62,741 nucleotides of DNA from positions 1 to 62,741 of IMG/VR virus record IMGVR_UViG_3300036773_000072, one strand, 5' to 3'. The notes beneath the pieces were generated by a model, which was not told the DNA's origin, did no database searches, and saw only the letters and a list, made by a program, of their open reading frames with translations. The stretch is from a virus. Taxonomy: Duplodnaviria > Caudoviricetes. Of this stretch, positions 1 to 9,055 are shown in pieces (the stretch's first letter is position 1; every line of letters starts with the position of its first letter). The translations under genes and the position numbers were made by a program.

Positions 1-202
1 TGGATGAGGGCTGGAATTTCGAGGTTCAGGGCAAGGCGCTGGAGGTCATCACGGCGCAGGCCAAGCAGAAGGTAGCCGAGTGGCTGTCGCCAGACTTCCT
101 GGCCAGTCGCGTCAACGAGATCGAGGCCAAGGCTGGTGCCGAGGTCTCCGAACCGGCCAAGACGATGAAGGTCGTTGCCAAGCGGTTCGAGCTGAGCGAG
201 AC
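1..202. repeat. Terminal direct repeat, copy 1 (circular overlap)
   Basis: 1-202 matches 62540-62741 except G75 vs A62614. Confidence 0.95.
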
Positions 203-371
203 CGAGCAGGACGGAATCCTGGCCCACTTCATCTTCGGTGGGAGCCTCACGGCCGGCGGTATCGCCAACGCCATCACCAGTTTCAGCCAGACAGTGCCCA
301 ACGCGGAGCGCGCGGAAGCACTGGACAACGTGGCCCTGGCTGCGTTGGACCTGGTCGCCGCACAGCGGTGA
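1..371 (+). CDS. DUF932-family protein, 3' part
   Basis: Frame continues from the repeat (…ILAHFIFGGSLTAGGIANAITS…) to TGA 369-371. Confidence 0.8.
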   Translation, partial: DEGWNFEVQGKALEVITAQAKQKVAEWLSPDFLASRVNEIEAKAGAEVSEPAKTMKVVAKRFELSETEQDGILAHFIFGGSLTAGGIANAITSFSQTVPNAERAEALDNVALAALDLVAAQR

Positions 372-377
372 GCCACC

Positions 378-408
378 CGAGCCGGCCGCAGACCTTGCGG
401 CCGGCTCG
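378..408 (+). terminator. GC-rich hairpin after the DUF932 gene
   Basis: 13-bp arms CGAGCCGGCCGCA / TGCGGCCGGCTCG, 5-nt loop. Confidence 0.6.
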
Positions 409-411
409 CTG

Positions 412-482
412 GGGTCGGGTGTCCCACGGCGGGACGAGGCGCGATCAGCGCCAGGTAGCGGGTTCGACTCCCGTCCGATCCA
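412..482 (+). tRNA. tRNA-like RNA with non-canonical anticodon arm
   Basis: Acceptor GGGTCGG/CCGATCC+A; D arm GTCCC-ACGGC-GGGAC; arm GGCGC-GATCA-GCGCC; T arm GCGGG-TTCGACT-CCCGT. Confidence 0.7.
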
Positions 483-515
483 CGCAGTACCGCCCGACAG
501 AACAGGAGGGCCACG

Positions 516-716
516 GTGAAAGTCACCGGGCAGATCGAGTACGAGGACGGCTCCACCACGCAGTTCGAGATCTCCAGCGAGAGCGACTCGAACTGGGTCC
601 AGTGGGCCAGCGACCCGACCGCGACCGCTGGCCGGTCGTGCGACGTGCTGGACGCCCTGTCCCGTGCCGTCAACGAGACGGCTGCCGATGCCGAGACCAA
701 CGAGGACGGATCATGA
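516..716 (+). CDS. Hypothetical protein
   Basis: AGGAGG SD, GTG start, overlaps the next gene. Confidence 0.7.
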   Translation: MKVTGQIEYEDGSTTQFEISSESDSNWVQWASDPTATAGRSCDVLDALSRAVNETAADAETNEDGS

Positions 717-1003
717 CGGATTGTCCGATGACGCCTGACGAGCTGCTGGAGCTGTACCGCCGGCACCCGGACGGCGTGGTGGACGTGGACTACAGCGTGC
801 TGGCCACCTGGCCCGCGCTCGCGGTTGGGCAGGCCGACGACCTGATCGCAGAGGCGCCGAACGAGCTGCGCGTCTGGATCAGCCGCGTCGCGCTGGCCGA
901 CATGTCCGAGGAAGCCTTTTCGCCCGGTGACCCGATCGGTTCGCTGGAGTGGTGGCGCAACGACCGGTGGGAACAGGTCCCGTTGGTGGTGTGCGAGCGG
1001 TGA
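713..1003 (+). CDS. Hypothetical protein
   Basis: ATGA overlap; GC3-rich codons. Confidence 0.65.
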   Translation: MTDCPMTPDELLELYRRHPDGVVDVDYSVLATWPALAVGQADDLIAEAPNELRVWISRVALADMSEEAFSPGDPIGSLEWWRNDRWEQVPLVVCER

Positions 1004-1461
1004 GCGCCCGGCGCCGCAAGCGCGGCTTCCTCGGCCGCCTGTTTCGTGCCCTGGCACGCCACCTGTGGCGCAGAACCAAGCGTGGCGCGAAGGCCAGGGC
1101 CAAGCGGGTTCGCGCCGCAGCGAGGCGAGCGGCTGGCCCGAAGGTGGTCCGGAACGCGGCCAGCGAGTTCGGCCGCAAGCGCAAGCCGTCCGACCCGCTA
1201 CCGGTCCGCACGGTCGTGCCGCCCGAGGTGCGCGAGCACCCGAAGTTCCAGGCCACGGTCGGCATCCACACGTTCCTGTTCACGCTGCATCCGGACGACG
1301 AGATGGACGACGAGTCACTGACGCTGTACGCCCGGTCGGCCGCCGTGCAGAACTACGGCGTGCCGGCGATGACGTGGGAGATCCACCAGATCGTGCCGAT
1401 GAACGGCCCAGCCCGGCTGGCCGTGCCCGAGACGCTGTACCTGACTGGAGGTCTGCTATGA
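1000..1461 (+). CDS. Hypothetical basic protein
   Basis: GTGA overlap; coupled to the next gene. Confidence 0.6.
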   Translation: MSARRRKRGFLGRLFRALARHLWRRTKRGAKARAKRVRAAARRAAGPKVVRNAASEFGRKRKPSDPLPVRTVVPPEVREHPKFQATVGIHTFLFTLHPDDEMDDESLTLYARSAAVQNYGVPAMTWEIHQIVPMNGPARLAVPETLYLTGGLL

Positions 1462-2288
1462 CGCACGAGATCACCGCGTCCAGTGGTGCCAAGATCACCG
1501 TGGAGAAGATCGGCCCGGACCGCGCGGCCGAGATCCTGGAGCACCACAACGGCCGCAACCGTTCCCTGACCGCGAAGACGACCGGCAAGTACGTCCGGGC
1601 GATCGAGGCCAATGAGTGGCCTTTCCTCGGTGACCCGATCCGGTTCGACAGTAAGGGCGACCTGCTGGACGGCCAGCACCGCCTCGCGGCCGTGGTCGAG
1701 ACCGGCATCGTGATCGAGTTCGTGGTGATCCACGGCATCGACACGGACACGCAGAAGTACATGGACGGCGGCCGGGTCCGGACCGCAGTCGACCAGCTCA
1801 AGATCGAGGGGATGGGCAACGCGCCCAGCGCTGCGGCGATCGCCTCCTGCGCGATGCGGTGGGACCTCGGTGACGTGCTGGCCCAGAACATCAAGTTCAG
1901 CACGTTCGAGATCGTGGACTGGGTGGAGGAACACCTGGACCAGGTGGAAGTGGCCGTGCAGTCGGCCAACCGCGTCCGGCAGGCGGTCGGGTCCACCATC
2001 TCGATCATCGGCGCGGCGCACATCATGGCCACCCGGATCGTGACCGGCTCGGTCATCGATGAGTTCTTCAACGGACTGATCACCGGGGCGAGCCTGGATG
2101 TCGGCTCGCCCATCCTGACCCTGCGGGAGACCGTGCAGCGCAACAAGCGCGAGGGCACGCTGAGCCGCAGCAATGAGCTGTGGTACACGACGCACGCCTG
2201 GAACTGCTGGCGCCTCGGGAAGTCGATCCACAAGCTGCAACTGCCCCGTGGGTCCGAGCTGACCGCAGACAAGCTGAAGCTGAGGTGA
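1458..2288 (+). CDS. ParB/Srx-like N-terminal domain protein (DGQHR motif)
   Basis: NRSL…GDPIRFDSKGDLLDGQHRLAAVV; GGAGG SD. Confidence 0.75.
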   Translation: MTHEITASSGAKITVEKIGPDRAAEILEHHNGRNRSLTAKTTGKYVRAIEANEWPFLGDPIRFDSKGDLLDGQHRLAAVVETGIVIEFVVIHGIDTDTQKYMDGGRVRTAVDQLKIEGMGNAPSAAAIASCAMRWDLGDVLAQNIKFSTFEIVDWVEEHLDQVEVAVQSANRVRQAVGSTISIIGAAHIMATRIVTGSVIDEFFNGLITGASLDVGSPILTLRETVQRNKREGTLSRSNELWYTTHAWNCWRLGKSIHKLQLPRGSELTADKLKLR

Positions 2289-2292
2289 CGTG

Positions 2293-2712
2293 ATGCCGCT
2301 GAAGGACTACACCACGGTGGTGTCCGCCCACCGCACGGTGGGCGAGATCACCGAGCTGCTGGTCAAGGCCGGCGCTCGCGGTGTGGCGCAGGAGTTCGAC
2401 ACTGACGGCCGGATCGTGGGCCTGGAGTTCGCTGTGGTGCTCAACGGGGAGGCGCTGCGCTACACCCTGCCAGTGCGGGCGTCGGCCGTGCAGGGCGTGC
2501 TCGTGCGCCAGCGTGTCGACCGCAAGTACCAGACCAACGAGCACGCGGAGCGTGTGGCCTGGCGGATCATGCGCGACTGGGTGGCCGCGCAGCTCGCGAT
2601 CATCGAGACACAGATGGTCACGTTCGACCAGGTGATGTTGCCCTACCTGCGTACGGACGACGGCTCCACCATGTTCGAGCGCTACGTGGCCCAGCGGGCG
2701 CTGTCCGCCTGA
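2293..2712 (+). CDS. Conserved phage hypothetical protein
   Basis: AERVAWRIMRDWVAAQLA…QVMLPY motif. Confidence 0.7.
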   Translation: MPLKDYTTVVSAHRTVGEITELLVKAGARGVAQEFDTDGRIVGLEFAVVLNGEALRYTLPVRASAVQGVLVRQRVDRKYQTNEHAERVAWRIMRDWVAAQLAIIETQMVTFDQVMLPYLRTDDGSTMFERYVAQRALSA

Positions 2713-2727
2713 CAACAGGAGATCATC

Positions 2728-3240
2728 ATGCCGAAGATCGAGATTGACCTGGACGAGCTGTTCCCGGAGTCGCAGTACGACCCGGAGATTGACGAGGTAC
2801 GCCCGGTGGGCCTGCGGGACCTCGTGATCCGCGCGGCGGCCGACAAGCTGGTCACGCAGTACGGCCGCGAGGCGCAGACCGCCATCGGTCACGTCATCAA
2901 CGAGGTCGTCACCCAGCAAGTGCGCAGCGTCGTCATGCAGGCCATGGCGCAGCCGATCCAGCGCACGACCCGCTGGGGCGAGCCGACCGGCGCCGCGACC
3001 ACGATCCTGGAGATCGTGCGCGAGAAGCTGGACGAGTTCGTCACCGCCAAGCCGACTCGCCGTGACGAGTTCAACGGCCGGCGCAACGCCGCGAACAACC
3101 TCACCGAGCTACTGGAGGACATCGTGCGCGCGGCGATGACGCGCGAGCTGTCCGGCGCGGTCAAGGAAGCGCGGCTGACCGTGGCCGCGAAGGTGCAAGA
3201 GATCCTGGCCACCGAGCTGCCCAAGGCGCTCGCGCGGTGA
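2728..3240 (+). CDS. Hypothetical protein
   Basis: AGGAG SD, clean ORF. Confidence 0.7.
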   Translation: MPKIEIDLDELFPESQYDPEIDEVRPVGLRDLVIRAAADKLVTQYGREAQTAIGHVINEVVTQQVRSVVMQAMAQPIQRTTRWGEPTGAATTILEIVREKLDEFVTAKPTRRDEFNGRRNAANNLTELLEDIVRAAMTRELSGAVKEARLTVAAKVQEILATELPKALAR

Positions 3241-3372
3241 ATCCCTGGTCCCGCATCGAACGCCACGCCCGGAACCGACGCCGGGCGTGGCGTGCCGGCC
3301 GGATCACGCTCGTCCTGCTGTCCGTGGCCGTCCTGGTCGCGGTCGGTCTCGCCTACTGGAGGTGAATTGATC

Positions 3373-3618
3373 GTGAGCAAGCTCGTGCTGACCGCACCCG
3401 ACCTAGCCGGCGGGCTGTGCTCTCAAGTAGATCCGGACCTGTGGTACCCGGAGAAGGGTGGCAGCGTCTCCGACGCCAAGGCCACCTGTCACCGCTGCCC
3501 GGTCGAGGGAGCGTGCCTGGCGTACGCCCTGGAGCACGACGAGCGGTTTGGGATCTGGGGTGGCATGTCGGAGCGGGAGCGCCGCAAGCTGAAGTCCAAC
3601 GCGGACCTGGCCGGATAG
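3373..3618 (+). CDS. whiB: WhiB-family transcription factor
   Basis: C…DPDLWYPE…CHRCPVEGAC…FGIWGGMSERER: four Cys plus G(I/V)WGG. Confidence 0.92.
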   Translation: MSKLVLTAPDLAGGLCSQVDPDLWYPEKGGSVSDAKATCHRCPVEGACLAYALEHDERFGIWGGMSERERRKLKSNADLAG

Positions 3619-3626
3619 ATTGACCC

Positions 3627-3656
3627 TTGTGCCCCGTTCGTCAAGGGGGGTACATT
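3627..3656 (+). promoter_or_regulatory. Repeated promoter/operator, copy 1
   Basis: TTGTGC-N18-TACATT with CCCC…GGGG arms; ATG 6 nt downstream (leaderless). Confidence 0.8.
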
Positions 3657-3662
3657 GTCGTC

Positions 3663-3941
3663 ATGACTTCCCCGGCTGACCTGAAGCCCACCGACCGCGT
3701 AAGCATCCTCTACGGCCGCCCCGGCACCCTGGCCACGCTGTACGTCGGCACCGTGCTGGAGGTCGAGCCCGGTCGGGTCATCGTCCAGAGCGACGGCGAC
3801 CGGGGCACCGCGCTCGCGGTCGGCCTGCTTCGCCAGTCCATCCGGTCGATCGAGGTCAAGCCGCAGCCGCCCGTGTGCGTCAAGTTCGTCGGCACCGGTT
3901 CGCGCTGCACCGAATGTCGCTACCGGAGGGACTTCCACTGA
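3663..3941 (+). CDS. Hypothetical protein (leaderless)
   Basis: ATG at the predicted TSS; C-terminal CxxC. Confidence 0.65.
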   Translation: MTSPADLKPTDRVSILYGRPGTLATLYVGTVLEVEPGRVIVQSDGDRGTALAVGLLRQSIRSIEVKPQPPVCVKFVGTGSRCTECRYRRDFH

Positions 3942-4125
3942 TGGACGAAGGCGATGCGGCCGTGGCGCAGGCCACCGTGGCGCAGGAGTCGGGCCGGTAT
4001 CCGTGGGTGGCGCGCTGCTCGTGCGGCTGGCGCTCCGGCCGTGGCTACGTCGCGCCTCATGCGGCGCAGATCCTGGCCGACGAGCACAGCGACGGGCACA
4101 GCCAAGCGACAAGAGATGGCCACTG

Positions 4126-4431
4126 ATGAGCACCACGTTCTTGCCCGAGCTGCCCGAGAGCTTCTCGTGGCAGCTCTGCGCCGAGGACAGCCACGAGGTG
4201 ACCGGCGACTACTACGCGGAGTCCGACGCGGTTGAGGCGCGAATCTGGCACGAGGCCGGCGACGCGCCGGAGATCGTGCTCAAGCGGACCGGCGACCACG
4301 GCCACTGGGGAGCCGAGGGCTTGCGCAAGTGGGCGATCGACGGGCCGTGCCCGGCTGGGCTGATGGAGTGGGAGCAGTTCGAGACGCTGTCCGAGGTCTC
4401 GCGCCGCATCAAGCTGACGACAGGAGACTGA
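4126..4431 (+). CDS. Hypothetical protein
   Basis: Coupled ORF in an early-type cluster. Confidence 0.6.
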   Translation: MSTTFLPELPESFSWQLCAEDSHEVTGDYYAESDAVEARIWHEAGDAPEIVLKRTGDHGHWGAEGLRKWAIDGPCPAGLMEWEQFETLSEVSRRIKLTTGD

Positions 4432-4800
4432 TATGCGGATTCCGTGGCGCCGCCACAAGAATGCGGCCGTGACGCTCTTGACCACCCTGGGTGGCGTGTC
4501 TCGCCAGGAGGCCGCTGACCGGGTAGCCAACAACGGCGCACTGCTGGACGACATTGCCGCTGGCGTGCCGATGGACGAGGCGCTGCGCAGGCTCGTCGCC
4601 CGTCGCGAGGCCCAAGGCGGTCCATCGTGAGCGACTGGGACGAGCTGATCACGGTCGACTGGGACGAGCAGGAACGGCGCTGGCGGGTGGCAAGTCGATC
4701 TTCCGTGGATCAGCCGTGGGTCAGCTACGAGGGTGCTGAAGCGGAGCTGGCCGAGCTGTTGGCCTTGGCACACGACGTAGCGACGGGAGGAGATTAGGCC

Positions 4801-5169
4801 ATGACGACGCTGAACGATCAGATGCAGGTTGACCACGTCATCCGGATCAACCCGCATGGCGAGGTTGACGAGGGCAACGTGCAGGGCGTCTATGCGCCCG
4901 AGCTGCACGTGGGCTGCGACGAGGACGGCCAGGTGCTACCGGAGCACGACCGGCAGTTGATCGAGGATGCCGGCGCACAGGGCTGGACGCTGCTGGCCGG
5001 CTGGACCGGACAGTCCGGCTACAACGGGCCGGTCATGCACCCGAGTGAGTTCGTGGGTGGCCAGCTTGAGGACCACATCCGGGAGACGCCCGGTCTGTAC
5101 GTCGCGGTGGTCATTGACACCGAGGACGAGAAGCCGGCCGGCTGGGCGATCGCCTACCGGGAGACATAG
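4801..5169 (+). CDS. Conserved actinophage hypothetical protein
   Basis: GGAGG SD; GWTGQSGYNGPVMHPSEFVGG motif. Confidence 0.7.
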   Translation: MTTLNDQMQVDHVIRINPHGEVDEGNVQGVYAPELHVGCDEDGQVLPEHDRQLIEDAGAQGWTLLAGWTGQSGYNGPVMHPSEFVGGQLEDHIRETPGLYVAVVIDTEDEKPAGWAIAYRET

Positions 5170-5215
5170 CAGCCCGGCAATCCGCTGGGGTGAAAGATCG
5201 ACAACTGGAGGAAAC

Positions 5216-5602
5216 ATGACTGCTGGCACCGTGGAGTCAACGACCGGCGAGGTCTGGAGTGCCGCGTTCGGCACCGGGCCAGACCTGGAGATCACGAACA
5301 CGATGCGGCTCGTGGAGTGGCGGACGTGGCCGCAGGCGCGTGACGACATGATCAGGTTCGCTCGCGACTTCGCCGAGGCCGACGACAGCGACCTGAAGGA
5401 CGCGCAGGCGCACGCCGCGAGGAACCCCAACCAGTTCGTCGCGCACGAGCGGCCGTCCACCCACACGTACCCGACCACCATGGAGGCACTGGACGCGATC
5501 TTGGCGGCGAGCCCGCCGGAGATGGACACCGACTGTCACATGTGGATCGAGTCGTGGAAGGGCGAGCGGTTCCTGTTCTCGATCGAGAGGGACGCGCACT
5601 GA
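5216..5602 (+). CDS. Hypothetical protein
   Basis: GGAGG SD, ATG. Confidence 0.65.
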   Translation: MTAGTVESTTGEVWSAAFGTGPDLEITNTMRLVEWRTWPQARDDMIRFARDFAEADDSDLKDAQAHAARNPNQFVAHERPSTHTYPTTMEALDAILAASPPEMDTDCHMWIESWKGERFLFSIERDAH

Positions 5603-5880
5603 TGGTCGCCACGGCGGAACAGATCTGGGGTCGCAATTGCACGGGCGAGGACGGCTGCCCGACGTTCTGTCACAAGGCCGGCTGCAAGTCCTCGATCGGC
5701 ATGGCCGGTCACCTGACGCACAACACGGGTGACGACGGCGAGCTGCGGCACTCGTTCATTGATCAGGATGGGCTTTACAACATCGTCCTGCACCCTGGCC
5801 ACGACCACGAGATCACGCCGGAGAACGACGGCGGATGTAACGGCAAGCCGGACTGCCCGATGCACCCGCTGGAGGACTGA
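5602..5880 (+). CDS. Cys/His-rich hypothetical protein
   Basis: TGATG coupling; ends just before a terminator. Confidence 0.6.
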   Translation: MVATAEQIWGRNCTGEDGCPTFCHKAGCKSSIGMAGHLTHNTGDDGELRHSFIDQDGLYNIVLHPGHDHEITPENDGGCNGKPDCPMHPLED

Positions 5881-5893
5881 TCAGCAGCACAGG

Positions 5894-5933
5894 CGGCCGA
5901 CCCGGTCAAGCTCGGGTCGGCCGTTTCCTGTTT
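5894..5933 (+). terminator. Intrinsic terminator
   Basis: CGGCCGACCCG / CGGGTCGGCCG then TTTCCTGTTT. Confidence 0.8.
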
Positions 5934-5993
5934 CCGGATCGCGCGGGACCAGGAAACTCCCGTGCCTCGGACATCGTCCCACGAAACTGGCCA

Positions 5994-6023
5994 TTGTGCC
6001 CCGCGCGAGACAGGGGGTACTCT
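5994..6023 (+). promoter_or_regulatory. Repeated promoter/operator, copy 2
   Basis: TTGTGC-N18-TACTCT with CCCC…GGGGG. Confidence 0.8.
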
Positions 6024-6067
6024 TGGTCTTGCAGGGCCGGAGTGGCCCGCAGACGAGGGAGATCGAC

Positions 6068-6682
6068 ATGCTGACCTGGACCATCGCGTACCGGACCTCC
6101 ACCAACCGGGGCATCTTCCACCGCGTGGACGACCTGCACCTGAGCTGGGGCCAGTCGGTGCAGCTCGGCACGTACCTGGCCGGCGAGATGGGTACATCGG
6201 TCTGGACCGTTCCCACCCGGCAGGGCGAGCTGGACGGCAACGTCGCGGTCGAGGACATCGCGAACGTCATGGTTGACTCCGGCGCCCGTATCCGCATCGC
6301 CGAAGACGGCGCGCTGCCCTTCTCCACCGACCCGACCGGCGACCAGGCGGCCAGCACGGTCGCGGAAGTCGAGGACGGCGGTGCAGGCGGCTGGCGCTGG
6401 ATCACCTTCGTCAGCGGCTACCGGACCTGCGTCACGCTCAACGAGCTGCTCAGCCGAGTAGCCGAAGGCCAGTGGGCAATGACCGACAAGGCGCAGGACG
6501 CGGCGCGGCGCGTGGCTCGTGAGCTTTTCCGGCCGATCGACGCCGGTCAGCGCGGGCAGACCTGCGATGAGCACGGCTGGACCGGCTCGATGGCCGCCCA
6601 CTGCCCAGCCTGTGCCGAGGACATCCTGCCGGCCGAGTACGACGCACCCCGTGACTACGTCGGCACGTCGCTCGACTGGTGA
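6068..6682 (+). CDS. Hypothetical protein
   Basis: GAGGGAG SD; follows promoter copy 2. Confidence 0.7.
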   Translation: MLTWTIAYRTSTNRGIFHRVDDLHLSWGQSVQLGTYLAGEMGTSVWTVPTRQGELDGNVAVEDIANVMVDSGARIRIAEDGALPFSTDPTGDQAASTVAEVEDGGAGGWRWITFVSGYRTCVTLNELLSRVAEGQWAMTDKAQDAARRVARELFRPIDAGQRGQTCDEHGWTGSMAAHCPACAEDILPAEYDAPRDYVGTSLDW

Positions 6683-6685
6683 CCT

Positions 6686-6759
6686 GGGCCGAAACTTCGG
6701 CCGACGCCTCCCGCAGTCGACCGGAGTCCGGGGGACCGAGACCCCGCTGAAGATGGCCC
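6686..6759 (+). ncRNA. Type II hammerhead ribozyme
   Basis: GGGCC-GAAA-stem III-GTC(6726-6728)-stem I CGGGG/CCCCG-CTGAAGA-T-GGCCC; complete core with three pairing stems. Confidence 0.85.
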
Positions 6760-6777
6760 CACACGCAGGAGATCGAC

Positions 6778-7104
6778 ATGCGAACGAAGATCGCGCTCAA
6801 GCGCAGCCAGATCGAGCAGGCCATGGAGCTGGCCGGCATCGACCTCGAACAGCTCCGCACCGACTACAGCGGCCGGGGCATGTACGGCGAGACCTGCATG
6901 GCCATCACGATGGACAGCCTGTCCGACCTGGCCCAGTTTCTGGTCGAGCTGACCGGGATGCTCGTGGCCGACACGATCGGGGACGAGTACCCGGACGTGG
7001 ACGAGGTCATCGACCCGGCGCGCGAGCTGACCCACAAGCTGCACACCGACTCGATGGGCCGCAGCCTCGTCGCCTACTGGCCGACCGCCACCCTGGAGGA
7101 CTGA
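6778..7104 (+). CDS. Conserved phage hypothetical protein
   Basis: YSGRGMYGETC and DSMGRSLVAYWP motifs; AGGAG SD. Confidence 0.75.
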   Translation: MRTKIALKRSQIEQAMELAGIDLEQLRTDYSGRGMYGETCMAITMDSLSDLAQFLVELTGMLVADTIGDEYPDVDEVIDPARELTHKLHTDSMGRSLVAYWPTATLED

Positions 7105-7107
7105 TCG

Positions 7108-7677
7108 ATGGGCTCGGATGTGTTCGACCAGATCGCTGCCGATATGCCGGATGAGGAACTGCGCGAAAGTCTGTCACGCGCGCTGCGTGAGCAGCGTGAC
7201 GAGCACGACAAGTACATGCGACTGCTGGTCGGTCAGACCCGGCACGACGAACGTGTGTGGAGCGCTGCCCGACGTTCGGCGATCCAGGACGCGGGCACGG
7301 TGGGCGAGATGGTCGGTCATCAGCGGCTGAACGCCGTGACCCATACGGCGAGCGCGCTGGCGTACCGCGCGCAAAACCTGGGCGAGCGCCCCAAGAAGCA
7401 GGCGCTAATCGACCTGGTGGCGACTGCCGAACAGTTGACGCACGAGTTGAGGCTCAGCCGCGCGCTGACGGAACCTGCTGCTGTGACCGCCATCCGCGAG
7501 CGCGACGACGAGGTCAGCCGACTGCGTGCCTACGTGAGGGAGTTCGGCAAGGCGCTGCACGCCGGGCAGGGTACTGACGACTCATCCGGCTGCGAGTGCG
7601 CCGGTTGTCGCTTGATCGTTGACATGGACCTGGCGCCGATGTTCGGCCCGAGGCGCGAAGGGGCGTGGGCGAAGTGA
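7108..7677 (+). CDS. Hypothetical protein
   Basis: Co-oriented ORF. Confidence 0.6.
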   Translation: MGSDVFDQIAADMPDEELRESLSRALREQRDEHDKYMRLLVGQTRHDERVWSAARRSAIQDAGTVGEMVGHQRLNAVTHTASALAYRAQNLGERPKKQALIDLVATAEQLTHELRLSRALTEPAAVTAIRERDDEVSRLRAYVREFGKALHAGQGTDDSSGCECAGCRLIVDMDLAPMFGPRREGAWAK

Positions 7678-7786
7678 CCGAGCGCGAGCTGCCGACCACC
7701 CGGACCGATCGCAAGATCGATGAGGCCAACAGATCGGGCAAAACGTCCACACAGAAGATGACCGACCTGATCCGCAGGCGGTAGTC

Positions 7787-8221
7787 ATGCCAACGATCGC
7801 CCGGACCCGAGCTGCGCTGGTCGCGTGGCTCGGGTCCGGCGTGTCCGTGAACGTGTGCCTGTTCACCGGCTCGCGGCGCTGGCCACGCCCGAGCGTGATC
7901 CACGATGTCCTCGGGTTGCTGCCTAGCGCGTGCGTCCTGCGCCACGGAGCCGCCCGAGGTGCCGACCAGCAGGCAGCGACCTCCTGGCGCCTCCTGGGCC
8001 GCACAGGGCTGGACGAGCACCCCGTCACGCCGCAGCAGTGGATGAACGCGCCACGGCTGGCCGGCTTGCTGCGCAACGAGCGGATGGTGTGGTCGAGCCC
8101 GGCGGCCGACTGCTGCGTGGCGTTCATCTTCAGTGCCTCGTCCGGTGCCTCGCACTGTGCAGACCTGGCCGAGGACTACGGCATCCCGACGTTCCGTTTC
8201 CGCCTACCCGAGCAGGAGTGA
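7787..8221 (+). CDS. SLOG-family (DUF2493/YspA-like) protein
   Basis: FTGSR, HGAARGAD, AGLLRNERM and SGASHC…GIP motifs. Confidence 0.75.
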   Translation: MPTIARTRAALVAWLGSGVSVNVCLFTGSRRWPRPSVIHDVLGLLPSACVLRHGAARGADQQAATSWRLLGRTGLDEHPVTPQQWMNAPRLAGLLRNERMVWSSPAADCCVAFIFSASSGASHCADLAEDYGIPTFRFRLPEQE

Positions 8222-8223
8222 CC

Positions 8224-8589
8224 ATGAGCAAAGGCAAGCGCAAGTCAGGCTGGATCGACATGGACGGCCGCGACGAGGACGGCGCACACCAGTGCAGCAC
8301 GCCGTTGATCCTCGTGCACTCCGGCGTGCTCGCGCCGAAGGTGGGCGCGCTGTGGGGCTGCAAGTGCGGCCAGGACTGGAAGATCATCCGCCTTGCTGTC
8401 GACCGGCTGGCGTGGGCGAGGCGGACGACGCTCGTGGATGCCCACTTCCTGGAGATGCTGGCCATGGAGCTGATCAGCAAGCTGCCGGCCGACCAGCCCG
8501 AGACGGCCGCCGTCATCGTGCCGGCCGTGCTGCGGGAGCTGGCGGCGCAGGGCCTGATTCGCCTCTCGGATGTACCCCGCGAGGCGTAA
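8224..8589 (+). CDS. Hypothetical protein
   Basis: AGGAG SD; WGCKCGQDW. Confidence 0.6.
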   Translation: MSKGKRKSGWIDMDGRDEDGAHQCSTPLILVHSGVLAPKVGALWGCKCGQDWKIIRLAVDRLAWARRTTLVDAHFLEMLAMELISKLPADQPETAAVIVPAVLRELAAQGLIRLSDVPREA

Positions 8590-8637
8590 CCTGAGCGTGC
8601 CGCTCGGCAACCCCCAGTGCCTGGTAGCGGCTCCGGA

Positions 8638-8672
8638 GTCCCCCGTACGCCACCCCCGGCCGTACGGGGGAC
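8638..8672 (+). terminator. Intergenic hairpin
   Basis: GTCCCCCGTACG / CGTACGGGGGAC arms. Confidence 0.6.
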
Positions 8673-8692
8673 TTCCGTGCGAAGATGGGTTC

Positions 8693-9055
8693 ATGACCAC
8701 CGCGTTGAGCCCCACGGTCACCTACCACGGCTGGTGGCCGGCGACAGTGCTGCTGCCCCGCCAGGACGGCCACGAGGTCATCTGGCACACGTGCCGCGTC
8801 TACGCCACTGACGCCGGACTGGCCGTGTTCCGTGGCCGCCCGGCCGACGAGCAGACGCCGGACTGGTTCAGTCCCGTCGACTACAGCCGGACCACCCGGC
8901 CGATCAACGGCCTGCCCGGCTACGCACACGACGTGCACACCGAGGACGGCTTGGTGGTCGTGACGCAGACCGGTGGCTGCGGCTGCGGACACGCGCTGAA
9001 GCGCTGGCGGCCGGACTTCAGTCGGAACGTCTCGCCGTGGCCGGTGAGCGCGTGA
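8693..9055 (+). CDS. Hypothetical protein
   Basis: ORF ending GGCGCGHALKRW. Confidence 0.6.
   Translation: MTTALSPTVTYHGWWPATVLLPRQDGHEVIWHTCRVYATDAGLAVFRGRPADEQTPDWFSPVDYSRTTRPINGLPGYAHDVHTEDGLVVVTQTGGCGCGHALKRWRPDFSRNVSPWPVSA

Noticed and set aside
1-202. True physical direct terminal repeat
   Set aside because: It interrupts a CDS that reads through the join; better explained as circular assembly overlap
443-447. TCA in the tRNA-like loop as an opal suppressor explaining the UGA at 47163
   Set aside because: Placing UCA at positions 34-36 breaks the anticodon stem and there is no U33; most genes end normally in TGA
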